Below are positions 39,655 to 50,047 of a DNA stretch of 64,000 nucleotides, piece after piece; position 1 is the stretch's first letter; every line of letters begins with the position of its first letter. Origin of the DNA: Ostreococcus lucimarinus (taxonomy: Eukaryota); NCBI GenBank assembly GCA_000092065.1, contig CP000588.1; one strand, 5' to 3'. The notes below the pieces were generated by a model. That model saw nothing but the letters and a program-made list of their open reading frames with translations, had not been told where the DNA came from and did no database searches. The position numbers and the translations under genes are program-made.

Positions 39655-39824
39655 GTGCGGGACGAGCGATGCGATGCGACGGCGATGCGAATGGGATGGA
39701 GGCGCGCGAGACGCGTTTGAATCTTCGCGTCGGCGAGGGAAACCGGGCACCCGAGGGAAGAAGGCGGCGCGCGAAGACTGACGATGAAACGCGCGCGTCG
39801 AACGATCGCGATTCGTGCGAACAG
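39655..39824 (+). other. RAD54: inferred spliceosomal intron of RAD54 (170 bp, GTGCGG...CAG)
   Basis: Donor AGCG|gtgcgg at 39655 (phase 1) and acceptor gaacag| at 39824 restore the frame. The joined peptide ..FKSPFPNAPNRS-A-ELERRLASRRVFVPWGSKASDVARALPKP.. is in register with the RAD54 N-terminus. Alternative acceptors were not excluded. Confidence 0.4.
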
Positions 39825-42505
39825 CGGAATTGGAGCGACGGTTGGCGAGTCGACGGGTGTTCGTGCCGTGGGGGTCGAAGGCGAGCGACGTCGCGAGGGC
39901 GTTGCCGAAGCCGACGCAGTGCGCGGCGACGGAGGAGGCGATCGTATTGCCGGAAGGGATCGAGGATTTAGTGCTTTGGGAGCCGGATCGCGAGGGTGAT
40001 GGTGGAGAGACGAGCGCGACGGCCGGTGGGGCGAGCGCGAAACCGATCGTGGTCGATCGCATGCTCACGAGATGGTTGCGACCGCACCAACGCGAGGGGG
40101 TCAAGTTTATGTTTGAGTGCGTCATGGGTTTGCGCGATTTCGAAGGCCAAGGGTGCATTCTCGCGGATGACATGGGTTTAGGTAAGACATTACAAGGGAT
40201 CACGCTGCTCTGGACGCTCTTGAAGCAAGGTATCGATGGTACGCCCGCGGTGAAGCGCGCGTTAATCGTCTGTCCGACGTCGCTGGTGTCCAACTGGGAC
40301 GACGAGTGCAACAAGTGGTTGAATGGGCGCGTGAAAACGTTGCCCATTTGCGACTCCACTCGCGCTGAAGTCGTGAGCTCGGTGAAGCAATTTCTCGCCC
40401 CGCGACATCTCGCGCAAGTCATGATTGTGAGCTACGAAACGTTTAGGATCCACTCGGACCGTTTCAACTTTGACGGCGCGGTGGATTTGATCATGTGCGA
40501 CGAAGCGCATCGCCTGAAAAACGGCGAGACGCTGACGAACAAGGCGTTGTGTTCGGTACCGTGCTTGCGAAGAGTGATGCTGAGCGGGACACCCATGCAA
40601 AATCACTTGGATGAGTTTTACTCGATGGTTGGCTTTTGCAATCCCGGCTTGCTCGGCACCCCTCCCGAGTTCGCGAAGAAGTTTGAGCGACCCATCTTGG
40701 CTGGACGCGAACCAGACGCGACGGAAAAGGAACTCGAACGCGCGCAAGAGGCGAATAGCGAGCTCTCTGATCTCGTCAACAAGTTTATCTTGCGTCGCAC
40801 GAACACGATTTTGAGTAAGCACCTTCCGCCGAAAGTCGTGGAAGTCGTGTGCTGTAAGCTTTCGCCGCTTCAGCAGGCGCTGTACGAGCACTTTCTCACG
40901 TCAAAGGCGGCGAATCAGGCGTTGACTGGAAAGGCGACGGCCGTGTTACCCGCAATCACGGCGTTAAAGAAGTTGTGCAATCACCCGAAATTGATTTACG
41001 ACATGATTAATGGCGCAAAGAACACTGGTCAAGCGGCGAGCGGATTCAGCACGTGCGCGGAATTTTTTACTCCCGGAATGTACGACGGCGGCGGGGGGCG
41101 GAGTGGTCGCGGTGGCGGTGGCATGATGCACGGCTGGGAAGAGCACAGTGGAAAGTTTGCTGTACTCGCGCGTCTTCTCGCTAATTTGCGCGCCGAGACT
41201 AAGGACCGTATCGTCATCATTTCCAATTACACGCAAACTCTCGACTTGGTGGGCAACATGTGCCGCGAGCGAAACTACCCGTTCGTGCGCCTCGACGGCT
41301 CGACGTCTATCGGAAAGCGTCAAAAGCTCGTCAAACAGTTCAATGATCCCACGAGTAATTCTTTTGTGTTTCTCTTGTCTTCCAAGGCTGGCGGATGCGG
41401 TATCAACCTCATCGGAGGTAATCGTCTCGTGTTATTCGATCCCGACTGGAATCCCGCCAACGACAAGCAAGCCGCCGCGCGGTGCTGGCGCGACGGTCAA
41501 AAGAAGAAGTGCTACTTGTATCGCTTTTTGGCCGCGGGCACGATCGAGGAGAAAGTTTTCCAGCGTCAACTGTCCAAGGAAAGCTTGCAAAACGTCGTCA
41601 ACGGTTCGGGGGAACTCGAACAATCCGTCATGTCCAAGGACGAGTTGCGAAAGTTGTTTTCGTTGGACTGCACGACGTACTCGGATACGCACGACACGTG
41701 CGGTTGCAAGCGATGCCCCGCGCGGAACGGTGACGACCTCGGGTGCGACCCGGACGCGGAATACAAGGAATGGGAGGAACAAATCGACGACGCAGACGAA
41801 CAAAAGCTCGACGAGTGGGCGCACCATCACCGCATGGACAAAGTTCCCGACGATATGATGAAAAAGTCGGCGGGCGAGGACGTATCCTTCGTGTTTTCGC
41901 TCAAAGTTGAGGGCGCGGCTATTGATGAATCGAAGAAAGCTCCAGCACCCGAAAAGAAGTCGGAGGAAGCGTCTGAGAAGAAGCCGACGCCGACGATGCC
42001 GTCGCACTCGACGCGCCCACCGACCAGATTCGTGCCGCCGGCGCGACGTCCGCTCGCGCCGCGAGTTGCGCCGCAGGCGACGGCGATGCCGGCGTATCAA
42101 CGACCGAGTACTCTGATCGCTGCGAAGCCATCGGAAGGTCGCGTGCCGCCCATGCGCGCAGCTGTGAAACCTGCCGCGAAAGCGCCCAAGAAGAAGAAGA
42201 AACTTGAGAGCGAATCCGAAGACGAAGACACCGAGGAAGAATCCGAACAGGAAGAATCTGAAGCCGAGGAAGAATCTGAAGAAGATGAGCCAGTCGCTGA
42301 TACGGAAGGGGACGACGATGATGAAGTACCAGATTCTGAAGATGAAGACGTCGCCGACACCTCTGCGCCGCGTCAAAAGCGATCATCACCGGACGCGGAT
42401 GAAAGCGCGACGCGATACAAGGCGGCGCGCCTGTCGTCCTTAACGTCAGATCGAGGCTTTGCGGTGCCGCCGCGCTCGCCCAGCGACGAATCCGACGGAT
42501 ACTAG
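39825..42505 (+). CDS. RAD54: RAD54 exon 2 (SNF2 ATPase/helicase core and acidic/Lys-rich C-terminus)
   Basis: LRPHQREGVKFMFECV, ILADDMGLGKTLQ, DEAHRLKN, LSGTPMQN (N lobe); LDGSTSIGKRQKLVKQFN, LLSSKAGGCGINLIGGNRLVLFDPDWNPANDKQAAARCWRDGQKK (C lobe); DTHDTCGCKRCP zinc-knuckle-like tail. Stop at 42505. Confidence 0.85.
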
Positions 42506-42630
42506 AAAGAAAAAGTTGTTGTTTCATTTTATTAAAAAGCTTCGATTGGCATCGCGTAATAGTGCGCTGCGTCCGCCTCCGCCCGCGCCTCTCTCCCCGG
42601 CCAACTGTCGATTCCCATCAAAACGGTTTA

Positions 42631-43193
42631 TTAGTACCCCATCTGCGCCTCGGCGGCTTCCGCGAGGATCGGGAATCGGATGTATTGACCGCTCATGCAA
42701 CCCACCGCGGCGAACGCGAAGGCGGCGAGAGTGACGACAAAGATGGCGTTGTGCATGATCATGGTCACGATTCCCGGTAAACCGATGCCCAAAATACCCG
42801 GTCCGAACAACGCCTCGAGGAGAGACGGGAAAATCAACGCGATGTCGAGCAAAATCGCTTGCATACCGTTGAAGCGGCAAAAGCGCGACAAGTTTTGATT
42901 CTTCGCGATCCCAAGATATATGGCGAAAAACATTATGAGATTCCCCATCGGCAACATCGCCACCCCGCGCAAAATCGGCATCAACGGCTTCAACAGCACC
43001 ACCGCGGCTGGAAACTGGCCGAAGAAGAAGCGCCCGTACCGCAACGCGCTCAACAACGGCAACAAGTACGGCACCAACGCCACGACGCGATCGGGCACGG
43101 GAACGATGTTAAATCCACCCCCGGCGTACCCTCGCGCGACGACCGTCGTCGTCCCTCGCGCGCGCGTCGCGCTTCTCTCCCTCGCCGCGACCG

Positions 43194-43225
<32 letters not shown>

Positions 43226-43353
43226 CCCGCGCGCGCCGTTCGCCGTCCCGTCGTCCGCGTCTCCCCCATCCCGACCGCGCGCGCCGCCACCCTTCGCCCC
43301 ATCGCCCGCGTCTGTCGCCTCGCCCGCGCCGTCGTCGTTCGCACCGCCGCCCG

Positions 43354-43384
<31 letters not shown>

Positions 43385-43389
43385 ATCAT
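42631..43389 (-). CDS. Tic20-family chloroplast inner-envelope translocon protein
   Basis: ATG ATG verified at 43389-43384. Thr/Ala/Arg-rich presequence with a (T)9 run, then four predicted TM helices and the Tic20-like block ..ALVPYLLPLLSALRYG..AIYLGIAKNQNLSRFCRFNGMQAILLDIALIFPSLLE. Confidence 0.6.
43196..43226 (-). repeat. (acg)n trinucleotide repeat encoding poly-Thr in the Tic20 presequence
   Basis: Plus strand reads gtcgtcgtcgtcgtcgtcgtcgtcgtcgtc at this position. Confidence 0.7.
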
Positions 43390-43709
43390 CCCTCGATTCG
43401 CGCTTTACCACGATTCACCGTCCACCGCCTCGCTTTCGCGCCGCGCCGCTCGCGTCGCGTCCGCGCGACGGGTTTTCCGCGCGTTTCGACGCGACGCGAC
43501 GTCGCGTCGCTCGATGCCGCGCGCCGTCGCCGTCGTCGTCGTCGTCGATTCGATGCGATCCCGCGCGGGTCGTTACGCGAACCCATAACATTAAAATCCC
43601 GTACGTAGACGCGCACTCGACCGATCGATCGACCGACCGCGTGACGTCGACGTCGACGAATGCGAGTGCATGATTGCGCGCGTCGCGACACACCGCGACG
43701 CCGACGACC

Positions 43710-44078
43710 ATGCGCGCCGTGAACCGAATCGCCGACGGACGCGCGATCGTCGCGCGCGCGCGACGCGTCGAACGACGACGCGCGACGCGCTCGACGCGGG
43801 CGGAAAAAGAGGGCGAACAGATGAATCAAGAGATGGCCGGCGGCGAGATCGGGCTCGGCGGACTGGAGGACATGATGGACAAGGCGGACGGTGGGGCGAC
43901 GCCGGATTTCGTGAAATCGCTCGGCGTGAAGGAGTTGGACGATGTGTTCGCGATCCTCGGGTCGCAGACGAAGGGCGCGGAGCTCGGGCAGTTGGTGCTG
44001 AGCGAAAAGTTTGGGGAGACGCTGTACCGCGAGAGCGGGTTCACGAGCTTGGCGGAGACGATCAACGGTCGATGCGCG
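43710..44078 (+). CDS. LHC-like three-helix protein (ELIP/LIL type) exon 1
   Basis: The track ORF 43674 starts at TTG; first ATG at 43710 (MRAVNRIADGRAIVARARRV.. presequence). Exon 1 ends ..ESGFTSLAETINGRCA, i.e. inside the first LHC motif E-x-x-N-G-R. Confidence 0.7.
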
Positions 44079-44311
44079 GTGCGTTGGCGAGTCGCGCGAG
44101 TCGCGTCGTTCGATGGGGATTATGCGTCGAGAATCGCGATGGGGGGACGCGGACGCGCGCGCGCGGTGGCGAGCGCGAGACGGGGCGCGAGACGGGACGC
44201 GAGACGCGCGCTCGAGACGCCAGCGCTGGAAATATCTCGTCGCGCGCGCGCGAACGCGCGCGACGCGGCTGACGCGAAGACTGACTGACGAATATGTTTA
44301 CGCCAACGCAG
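44079..44311 (+). other. spliceosomal intron (233 bp, GTGCGT...CAG) of the LHC-like gene
   Basis: Donor GCG|gtgcgt at 44079 and acceptor cgcag| at 44311 join frame 0 to frame 2. This creates the contiguous LHC helix-1 motif AETINGRCAMVGFVLAV (compare ETINGRLAMIGF of ELIPs); phase 0. Confidence 0.75.
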
Positions 44312-44602
44312 ATGGTTGGTTTCGTTCTCGCCGTCATGAACACCTTCAACGGTGACTTGCTCACGATGATGGCCAAGGTTCCCCTCGCCGTCGTCTTCGT
44401 CATCGCCACCATCAGCGCGGCGAGCGTCGTGCAAAAGGTGAACCCGACGGGCTACATCCCGGACAACGTCAACGGTGCCGCCATGAACGCGTACTCCGGC
44501 GCTAAGTTGGACGAAGTGTTCACTTACAAGGCGGAACTGGTGAACGGTCGCATGGCTATGCTCGCCATGCTCTTCTTCGTCGCCACCGCGTCGATCTTTT
44601 AA
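44312..44602 (+). CDS. LHC-like three-helix protein (ELIP/LIL type) exon 2
   Basis: Encodes the rest of helix 1, a central hydrophobic helix (KVPLAVVFVIATISAASVV) and the helix-3 LHC motif ELVNGRMAMLAMLFFV; stop at 44602. Confidence 0.75.
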   Translation: MVGFVLAVMNTFNGDLLTMMAKVPLAVVFVIATISAASVVQKVNPTGYIPDNVNGAAMNAYSGAKLDEVFTYKAELVNGRMAMLAMLFFVATASIF

Positions 44603-44836
44603 GCGCTCGATCGACGTCGATCGAAGCGGCGCGATTCGTCGCGACGTCATTTTTTGTTCAATTCGCGCGATCGCCGCGCGCTCGGTGTGATGAAGGACGA
44701 GAGTTGATTCAATATCACTTCCCGTCGTTACCGCACTCGCGCGTCGTCGCATGTTCGTTGTAACATCCGCTAAGCAACACTACTATTCGCATCCGTCTCG
44801 ACTCCGTCGTCGCGGCGCGTCCGCACTTCTCGCCGC

Positions 44837-45634
44837 ATGCGTCTCACCAAAGCTCAAAAAGAACGCGATGCGCTCCTACTCGCGCGATTTCGTGTCTACC
44901 GCGAGTGGTGTCTACCGCGCGAGGTGCGGCAATGCATAGAGATTCGAACTCGCACGGCCAATCAACAACTCTACGAGGACTGTAAACATCTCGCGCAGAC
45001 GTCGAGAGGGCGAAAGCGAGACCTCGGCCGCGCGCTCGAACGCGTCGGGTGCGCCGAACGACACGCGCACGCGCTCTGTCAATCGTTCATAAGAGGGTCC
45101 GCGCACGTATCGTGGACGGCACGCGGAGTTGCGCATGAAATGGCGCGGCAAAAGTACTTGCTCGAGCACTCCGGTGCGTTCAAACGCGAGATCGGCGCGA
45201 TGGCGGCGAAGATCAACAAACGCCTTCACGAGTTGGTGATGGCGCGCGGACGTGTCGAAAGCGTCAGAGATGACTCAATAGTGTATGAACGAATTCGTTC
45301 GGAGGCGACGCGGGATGTGACTGGAGCGGAGACCTTCGCGGCGGCGGCGGCGAGCGTCGCGAGACACTGGCGAGATTTCCCTGTGGGGGGTTGGCCGTGG
45401 CCTACGGCGCCGCCGCCCGCTCCACTCACGAAAGGAGAAAAAGCGGTGTTATTCTTGAAGAAACTGAAATGTCACGGAGCACGCGAGCACGACAAGTTCG
45501 TGAACATCATGAACATGCACAAATATAATTTTCTGAGCGTGCGAGACGTCGATCGAGAAGTCGCCGCGTTGCTGCCGCGTCATCCGCTGCTGCGCGAGTT
45601 CAGAGAGACGTTCTTGCGCCCCGCGAGCGCGTGA
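44837..45634 (+). CDS. hypothetical protein, paralog A of a tandem pair (family unknown)
   Basis: ATG verified at 44837; MRLTKAQKERDALLLARFRVYREW..IEIRTRTANQQL..KHLAQTSRGRKRDLGRALERVGCAERH..SFIRGS..WTARGVAHEMARQKYLLEHSGAFKREIG.. The conserved N-terminal ~110 aa are shared with paralog B. Confidence 0.5.
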   Translation: MRLTKAQKERDALLLARFRVYREWCLPREVRQCIEIRTRTANQQLYEDCKHLAQTSRGRKRDLGRALERVGCAERHAHALCQSFIRGSAHVSWTARGVAHEMARQKYLLEHSGAFKREIGAMAAKINKRLHELVMARGRVESVRDDSIVYERIRSEATRDVTGAETFAAAAASVARHWRDFPVGGWPWPTAPPPAPLTKGEKAVLFLKKLKCHGAREHDKFVNIMNMHKYNFLSVRDVDREVAALLPRHPLLREFRETFLRPASA

Positions 45635-45694
45635 GCGGTCGCATTGATGCGTGCTAACGCGACCATTATTCGACGATACTGTATGACATGATTG

Positions 45695-45699
45695 TGTAA
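45695..45699 (+). promoter_or_regulatory. TGTAA poly(A)-signal-like motif downstream of paralog A
   Basis: gattgTGTAAtatgactg read directly, about 60 nt after stop 45634. Confidence 0.3.
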
Positions 45700-45715
45700 T
45701 ATGACTGTATGACTT

Positions 45716-45780
45716 CCAGACGAGTGACGACGTCGCGACGCCGCCAGACGAGTGACGACGTCGCGACGTCGCGACGCCGC
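45716..45780. repeat. 28-bp tandem duplication (ccagacgagtgacgacgtcgcgacgccg x2 with an 8-bp insertion) between the two paralogs
   Basis: Read directly: ccagacgagtgacgacgtcgcgacgccg ccagacgagtgacgacgtcgcgacg tcgcgacg ccgcg. Confidence 0.75.
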
Positions 45781-45815
45781 GCGCGCGCTCCTTCACAACG
45801 CGCCTCTTCGACGCA

Positions 45816-46397
45816 ATGGTTCGACTGACCAAGATCGAGAAGAACCGAAGAAAGCTCATCAGCTGTAGATTGCTCGTCTATAAGCTCCACGCGCTACCTG
45901 TCGAATCGTGGCGAATCATCGAGCGTCATACGCGCGCGTTAAATCTGGAACTCTGGCACAAGACGAAACACTTGCAGCAAACTGCGAAGCAGCGCAGGGC
46001 TGATGTGAAGGCGGCTCTCCAGACTCATGGGTGCGAAGATCGCATCGACGAATACCCAATAAGCAAGCGATTTATCGCCGGGAAACTCAAAAGTTGGACG
46101 GCGATACGCGTCGCGGAGCACGTTGCAAAACTCAGATATCTCCTAGACGGACACTCTCGGGAGTTTGAACGAGAAATGGCTGAGCTCGAAGGCGCAATCG
46201 ATGATGAGGTTGAAGAAATCGCCGAGATCGCGGGCATGGAACGAGGCAGAGGGCCGATTTATTTCGGTGGTATTCGTCGTGAGGCGCTGCGCAACGTGCA
46301 CGGTGCTGAAAGCTACGACGAAGCCCGGATATGCATGGCCGAGAGCTTCACCGGTGACATGCCGCGGGTCTGGCCTTGGCTCGAGCGCCGGGTCTGA
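45816..46397 (+). CDS. hypothetical protein, paralog B of the tandem pair (family unknown)
   Basis: ATG verified at 45816; MVRLTKIEKNRRKLISCRLLVYKL..IERHTRALNLEL..KHLQQTAKQRRADVKAALQTHGCEDR..RFIAGK..WTAIRVAEHVAKLRYLLDGHSREFEREMA.. aligns position-for-position with paralog A (roughly 30% identity) and ends with a shared WPW motif. Confidence 0.5.
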   Translation: MVRLTKIEKNRRKLISCRLLVYKLHALPVESWRIIERHTRALNLELWHKTKHLQQTAKQRRADVKAALQTHGCEDRIDEYPISKRFIAGKLKSWTAIRVAEHVAKLRYLLDGHSREFEREMAELEGAIDDEVEEIAEIAGMERGRGPIYFGGIRREALRNVHGAESYDEARICMAESFTGDMPRVWPWLERRV

Positions 46398-46460
46398 GCG
46401 ACGATGTCAATAGTTATCGATGTGACTTACAATGCTCGATTGCATACAAAACGTACTCGT

Positions 46461-49400
46461 TCACACGACGAGATTTGCACGCTCGGCGCGCCCCTCTGGC
46501 GTGCGGCGCTCGCGACGCTCACGAGCGAAGTCGAGAATCGAGCGCGATTTAAACACCGCTAAGACGATGACGCACACGAAAGCGAATGGAGCCGCGAACG
46601 CGACGAACGAACCAAATGGACGCTCAAAATCGCGCACATCGCCGAGGGAAGCGTGTTTACCTTGTACGTCGTCGACGGCGTCACCACGCGCTTTTTCGTG
46701 GTGCTCATCTTTGACTCCGACATCTTTCACGCCGAGCTCTTTCACGCCGAGCGCGACGGTAGCCGCCGCTGCTCTTCGCACGAGCTCGTGAGCGGTGATT
46801 ACGTTTTTCTCTGCGGCGCCGAGTCCTGCATCATTCGCTTCAATCAGCCTATCTCGCAGATGCCCTTTACTTAAACCAATAGGAGCAACGATCTGGTCTT
46901 CTGGCACCGAACCAAGAATCGCAGAGCACTGTCCTGCACACGTTCCGAAGACGAAATTTTGCGACGCGAGATTCGGGGTGTGGTACTGCACTCGATTTCT
47001 CCACTTTCCCGCCTGCACGTCCGTACAGTCGGACGTGAACGCCGGAGACGCAGTCTCTCCGTAGTAGGCTTGCCACATTTCGTGACCGAAAATGTGTCCC
47101 GAATCGTAGACGTGATTGCCTTCGGCGTCCGCCAGCGCGAACCCGTAAGCGACGGAACCAGACCAACCACTTAGTGTGGCGCCGTAAGTGCATGTATGAT
47201 AGTAATCATTTCCATCGCGCCCGGTTATCGGAGTCATGGCGATACCTCTGCTGTACGGCCACCTCATGCGGTTACCAAGAGGTGGTCTCTGTGATACGAG
47301 CTTGACTTGCGTCAAATCATCGACTGCCAGCGGGACGTGAAGATAACGCTCGTCTACGCCTTCCTCGGCTTCTCGCGTAGACGTGTTGTTCAGTGTGTAC
47401 TCTATTACGCTTTGTGGAATGCACTCCGTACTGACGTAGTAGCACGGCGGAGGAACGACCATGCATGGATCAGCAGCCGGACAACTCGGATGTTTGTGAT
47501 CTGAAGCTGAGAGCGCCTCAAGAATGCCTTCCAACTCGCTCGTATCGTTGTCTTGAGGGCAAACCAAGTCATCGGAATCGCAGTTCCAGAGCGCGCCGAC
47601 AGGACCTTGAACGTCGAGTTGCGTTCGAGACCCGGCGCACGTAGCCTTGCAGTTTCTGCCGTATCTGAAATGCCATTGAGCTCCATAGGTGCTGAGACTA
47701 TTGCGATGATACTTCGACAGATACGCCGGCATCGTAATGTCGTCAGCCACATCATCAACAATACTCGCCAATGGAACTGGGAGAATGGGAATGTGTGTGT
47801 GATTGTTACGGTGCCCATACACCGGAACGACGTATGGGTTAGCGACAAACACGACGAAAGGTTCCATTTCGAACGATTCGTGCTCGTCGTATTCCGGAAC
47901 ACTCGCGAGCGGCACGAATGGCGCAAAGTGGGGCGGTGGTGGCGGGCTCGGAGGCGGGCTCGGAGGCGGGCTCGGAGGCGGGCTCGGAGGCGGGCTCGGA
48001 GGCGGGCTCGGAGGCGGGCTCGGAGGCGGGCTCGGAGGCGGGCTCGGAGGCGGGCTCGGAGGCGGGCTCGGAGGCGGGCTCGGAGGCGGGCTCGGCGGGC
48101 TCGGAGGAGGGCTCGGAGGAGGGCTCGGAGGAGGGCTCGGAGGAGGGCTCGGAGGAGGGCTCGGAGGAGGGCTCGGAGGCGGGCTCGGAGGCGGGCTCGG
48201 AGGCGGGCTCGGAGGCGGACTCGGTGTTGGCGTCGGCGTCGGCGTCGGCGTCGGTGCGGCAGCCAGGGCGGCGGCGGCATTAGGTGCCAGCACTGCGTTG
48301 TGATATTCGAGATACCTCTCTTCTGCTTCCAAGTTAAAAGTCGCCAAGTCGTCTTGCGCGAGCTGCGCATCCAAATCAGTCAAGAATGAATAACTATTCG
48401 TCGTTTTCCAGGCCTCGATTGTGTCTACAACGTGTTGTTGGTACACTTCATCGGCAGATATATTGACATTTTGGTTGAACGACCAAACATCTGCAGCCGC
48501 AGCTTCTGAATCTAGTGAAAGATCACAGAGGTACGTGTTTATTGTGCACTGCGAAGACTGCCATTCGTCCACCTTCGTCGTAATGTAGCGTTCTTTCACT
48601 GCAGCGTTCGTACTGGTCACGTCGTCGTTGGATTGCAATCTTGCTTCTGGAGTGGTCACGCTGTACGAGTGCGTAGACGCCCACGTCGAAACACGAGAAC
48701 TCTCCGTATTCCAGTAATGGGCGTCGTAGGCCGACTCGAGCGCTGCGTTGTATCCCTCCAGATCGTTGACCACGTCACGGATCGGCCAACCCGATGGCGC
48801 ATACCCAGTCGCGGCGTTTGAAAGCAAGAAATCGTCCAAGGCGGCTTGTTCGTCGATTTGGAGCTCGAGGTGCTTGTCACCGGAAAGTTGTTCAAATCGA
48901 TCCATCCATTTCTTCGTCGAAGCGCTGATCGACAAACCTTTGCGGTAAAACTTGCCTAATTTCGACACATCCCCCGCGCGATAGTAAAGACGGAAAAACT
49001 CGAATAGATAGTCTTTAGTATCACTGGCGATATCGGCATCGCTGATCGCATGTCTCGTCAGCCAAGCTTGCAAATCCCGTTGCACGCGCGCGTTTATCAT
49101 CAAAAACGCCGCGTAACGCATGTCCATCACGAACGTAGTCGTATCGCTCGGATCACCGTATCCGGAAGCCGGTCTCAGCACTGATTCAGTCATCCAAGGA
49201 CACGTGTAAGTGAGTCGAAGACTACCGAAGTAATCTGGGCTGTACGTTTTCCACACCTCGTTCCGATTGCCGTCGTCATCCGCGCCCGTGATGACGCACG
49301 CGTCATAATCGGCGTCTCCAGCGTAATGCTCGCTCACATACGCCGTGAGCGCACTCTGAAACTTGGGCAAGTTAAAAGGTTGCATTATTTGCGTGTCGTA

Positions 49401-49790
49401 GTTCGCGTATCGCGGGTTTTCGCGCATCATGATCCCGGGACATCTATCGAAGCGGTCCGTCACGCCGCGATGGCTGTACCTCATGCATCCCGGGTGCGGC
49501 ACTCTGGGGTCATCCACGTGCGTGTACGCCCCGAGCGTCCCCACCGCGGCGATCGACACCGTCACGCACGCGAGCGCGACGGCGAGCGCGCGCCCGATCG
49601 TCACCACCGCGCGCACATTTCGTCGAGTGTGCGGTCGGGTGTTCCGCGTCGTCGTCATCGTTCTCGGCCGTGGACGCACATTCGATAGGGTGTTACGCGT
49701 CGTCGTCATCGTTCTCGCCTTTCCCGTCTCGCCGGCGACGATCACGCCGGTGCGCGGGAGAGAAGCATCGCGACGCTGTTTCGATGGCAT
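46461..49790 (-). CDS. extensin-like hydroxyproline-rich-glycoprotein-type membrane protein with (SPPP)n module
   Basis: ATG verified at 49790; 1109 aa. N-terminal signal-anchor ([26 protein letters not shown]), a large Cys-containing globular region, then (TP)5 + (SPPP)~25 and a second Cys-rich globular region. C-terminal hydrophobic segment ([22 protein letters not shown]) and basic tail. GC is lower than in flanking genes. Confidence 0.6.
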   Translation of the reverse strand: MPSKQRRDASLPRTGVIVAGETGKARTMTTTRNTLSNVRPRPRTMTTTRNTRPHTRRNVRAVVTIGRALAVALACVTVSIAAVGTLGAYTHVDDPRVPHPGCMRYSHRGVTDRFDRCPGIMMRENPRYANYDTQIMQPFNLPKFQSALTAYVSEHYAGDADYDACVITGADDDGNRNEVWKTYSPDYFGSLRLTYTCPWMTESVLRPASGYGDPSDTTTFVMDMRYAAFLMINARVQRDLQAWLTRHAISDADIASDTKDYLFEFFRLYYRAGDVSKLGKFYRKGLSISASTKKWMDRFEQLSGDKHLELQIDEQAALDDFLLSNAATGYAPSGWPIRDVVNDLEGYNAALESAYDAHYWNTESSRVSTWASTHSYSVTTPEARLQSNDDVTSTNAAVKERYITTKVDEWQSSQCTINTYLCDLSLDSEAAAADVWSFNQNVNISADEVYQQHVVDTIEAWKTTNSYSFLTDLDAQLAQDDLATFNLEAEERYLEYHNAVLAPNAAAALAAAPTPTPTPTPTPSPPPSPPPSPPPSPPPSPPPSPPPSPPPSPPPSPPPSPPPSPPSPPPSPPPSPPPSPPPSPPPSPPPSPPPSPPPSPPPSPPPSPPPSPPPSPPPPPHFAPFVPLASVPEYDEHESFEMEPFVVFVANPYVVPVYGHRNNHTHIPILPVPLASIVDDVADDITMPAYLSKYHRNSLSTYGAQWHFRYGRNCKATCAGSRTQLDVQGPVGALWNCDSDDLVCPQDNDTSELEGILEALSASDHKHPSCPAADPCMVVPPPCYYVSTECIPQSVIEYTLNNTSTREAEEGVDERYLHVPLAVDDLTQVKLVSQRPPLGNRMRWPYSRGIAMTPITGRDGNDYYHTCTYGATLSGWSGSVAYGFALADAEGNHVYDSGHIFGHEMWQAYYGETASPAFTSDCTDVQAGKWRNRVQYHTPNLASQNFVFGTCAGQCSAILGSVPEDQIVAPIGLSKGHLRDRLIEANDAGLGAAEKNVITAHELVRRAAAATVALGVKELGVKDVGVKDEHHEKARGDAVDDVQGKHASLGDVRDFERPFGSFVAFAAPFAFVCVIVLAVFKSRSILDFARERRERRTPEGRAERANLVV
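47941..48251 (-). repeat. near-perfect 12-bp coding microsatellite (ggaggcgggctc)n ~23 copies plus (ggcgtc)5, encoding (SPPP)n(TP)n
   Basis: Read directly on plus strand 47941-48221: ggcgggctcgga repeated, with five central ggagggctcgga variants, followed by ggcgtcggcgtcggcgtcggcgtc. Confidence 0.9.
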
Positions 49791-50047
49791 CCTTCGCGTC
49801 GACGCGCGCGGTGATGTCGGCGTGCGCAGAGGCGCGACGCGAAGTGTCCATCGCTGGTCGGATCTTGTTAAATATGTAACATCGTTTGGGTCCGCTTTAG
49901 TAGTGTTTGGATCCGTTATAGTGCTATCTTGGGTCCGCCCTCAGTATTTTTTCCGTCCAGAGCTAAGTAAGCCCTGGACCGCGTCTCTTGAAATTTCGTC
50001 TAAGAAACTTTCGATGTGACTACAAATGTGTGACTGTGTGTGTACGA

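Noticed and set aside
41432-42376. 314-aa minus-strand ORF antisense to RAD54
   Set aside because: Arg/Leu/Phe-rich repetitive translation inside the RAD54 helicase C-lobe and acidic tail; artefact.
47100-47160. GHEMW in the HRGP-like protein considered as a zinc-metalloprotease HExxH motif
   Set aside because: The sequence is H-E-M-W-Q, so the second His is absent, and there is no downstream third ligand context; coincidental.
47941-48251. Regular 12-bp repeat array considered as a possible CRISPR array
   Set aside because: Units are contiguous with no spacers, lie in-frame inside a eukaryotic CDS and encode SPPP; this is a coding microsatellite, not CRISPR.
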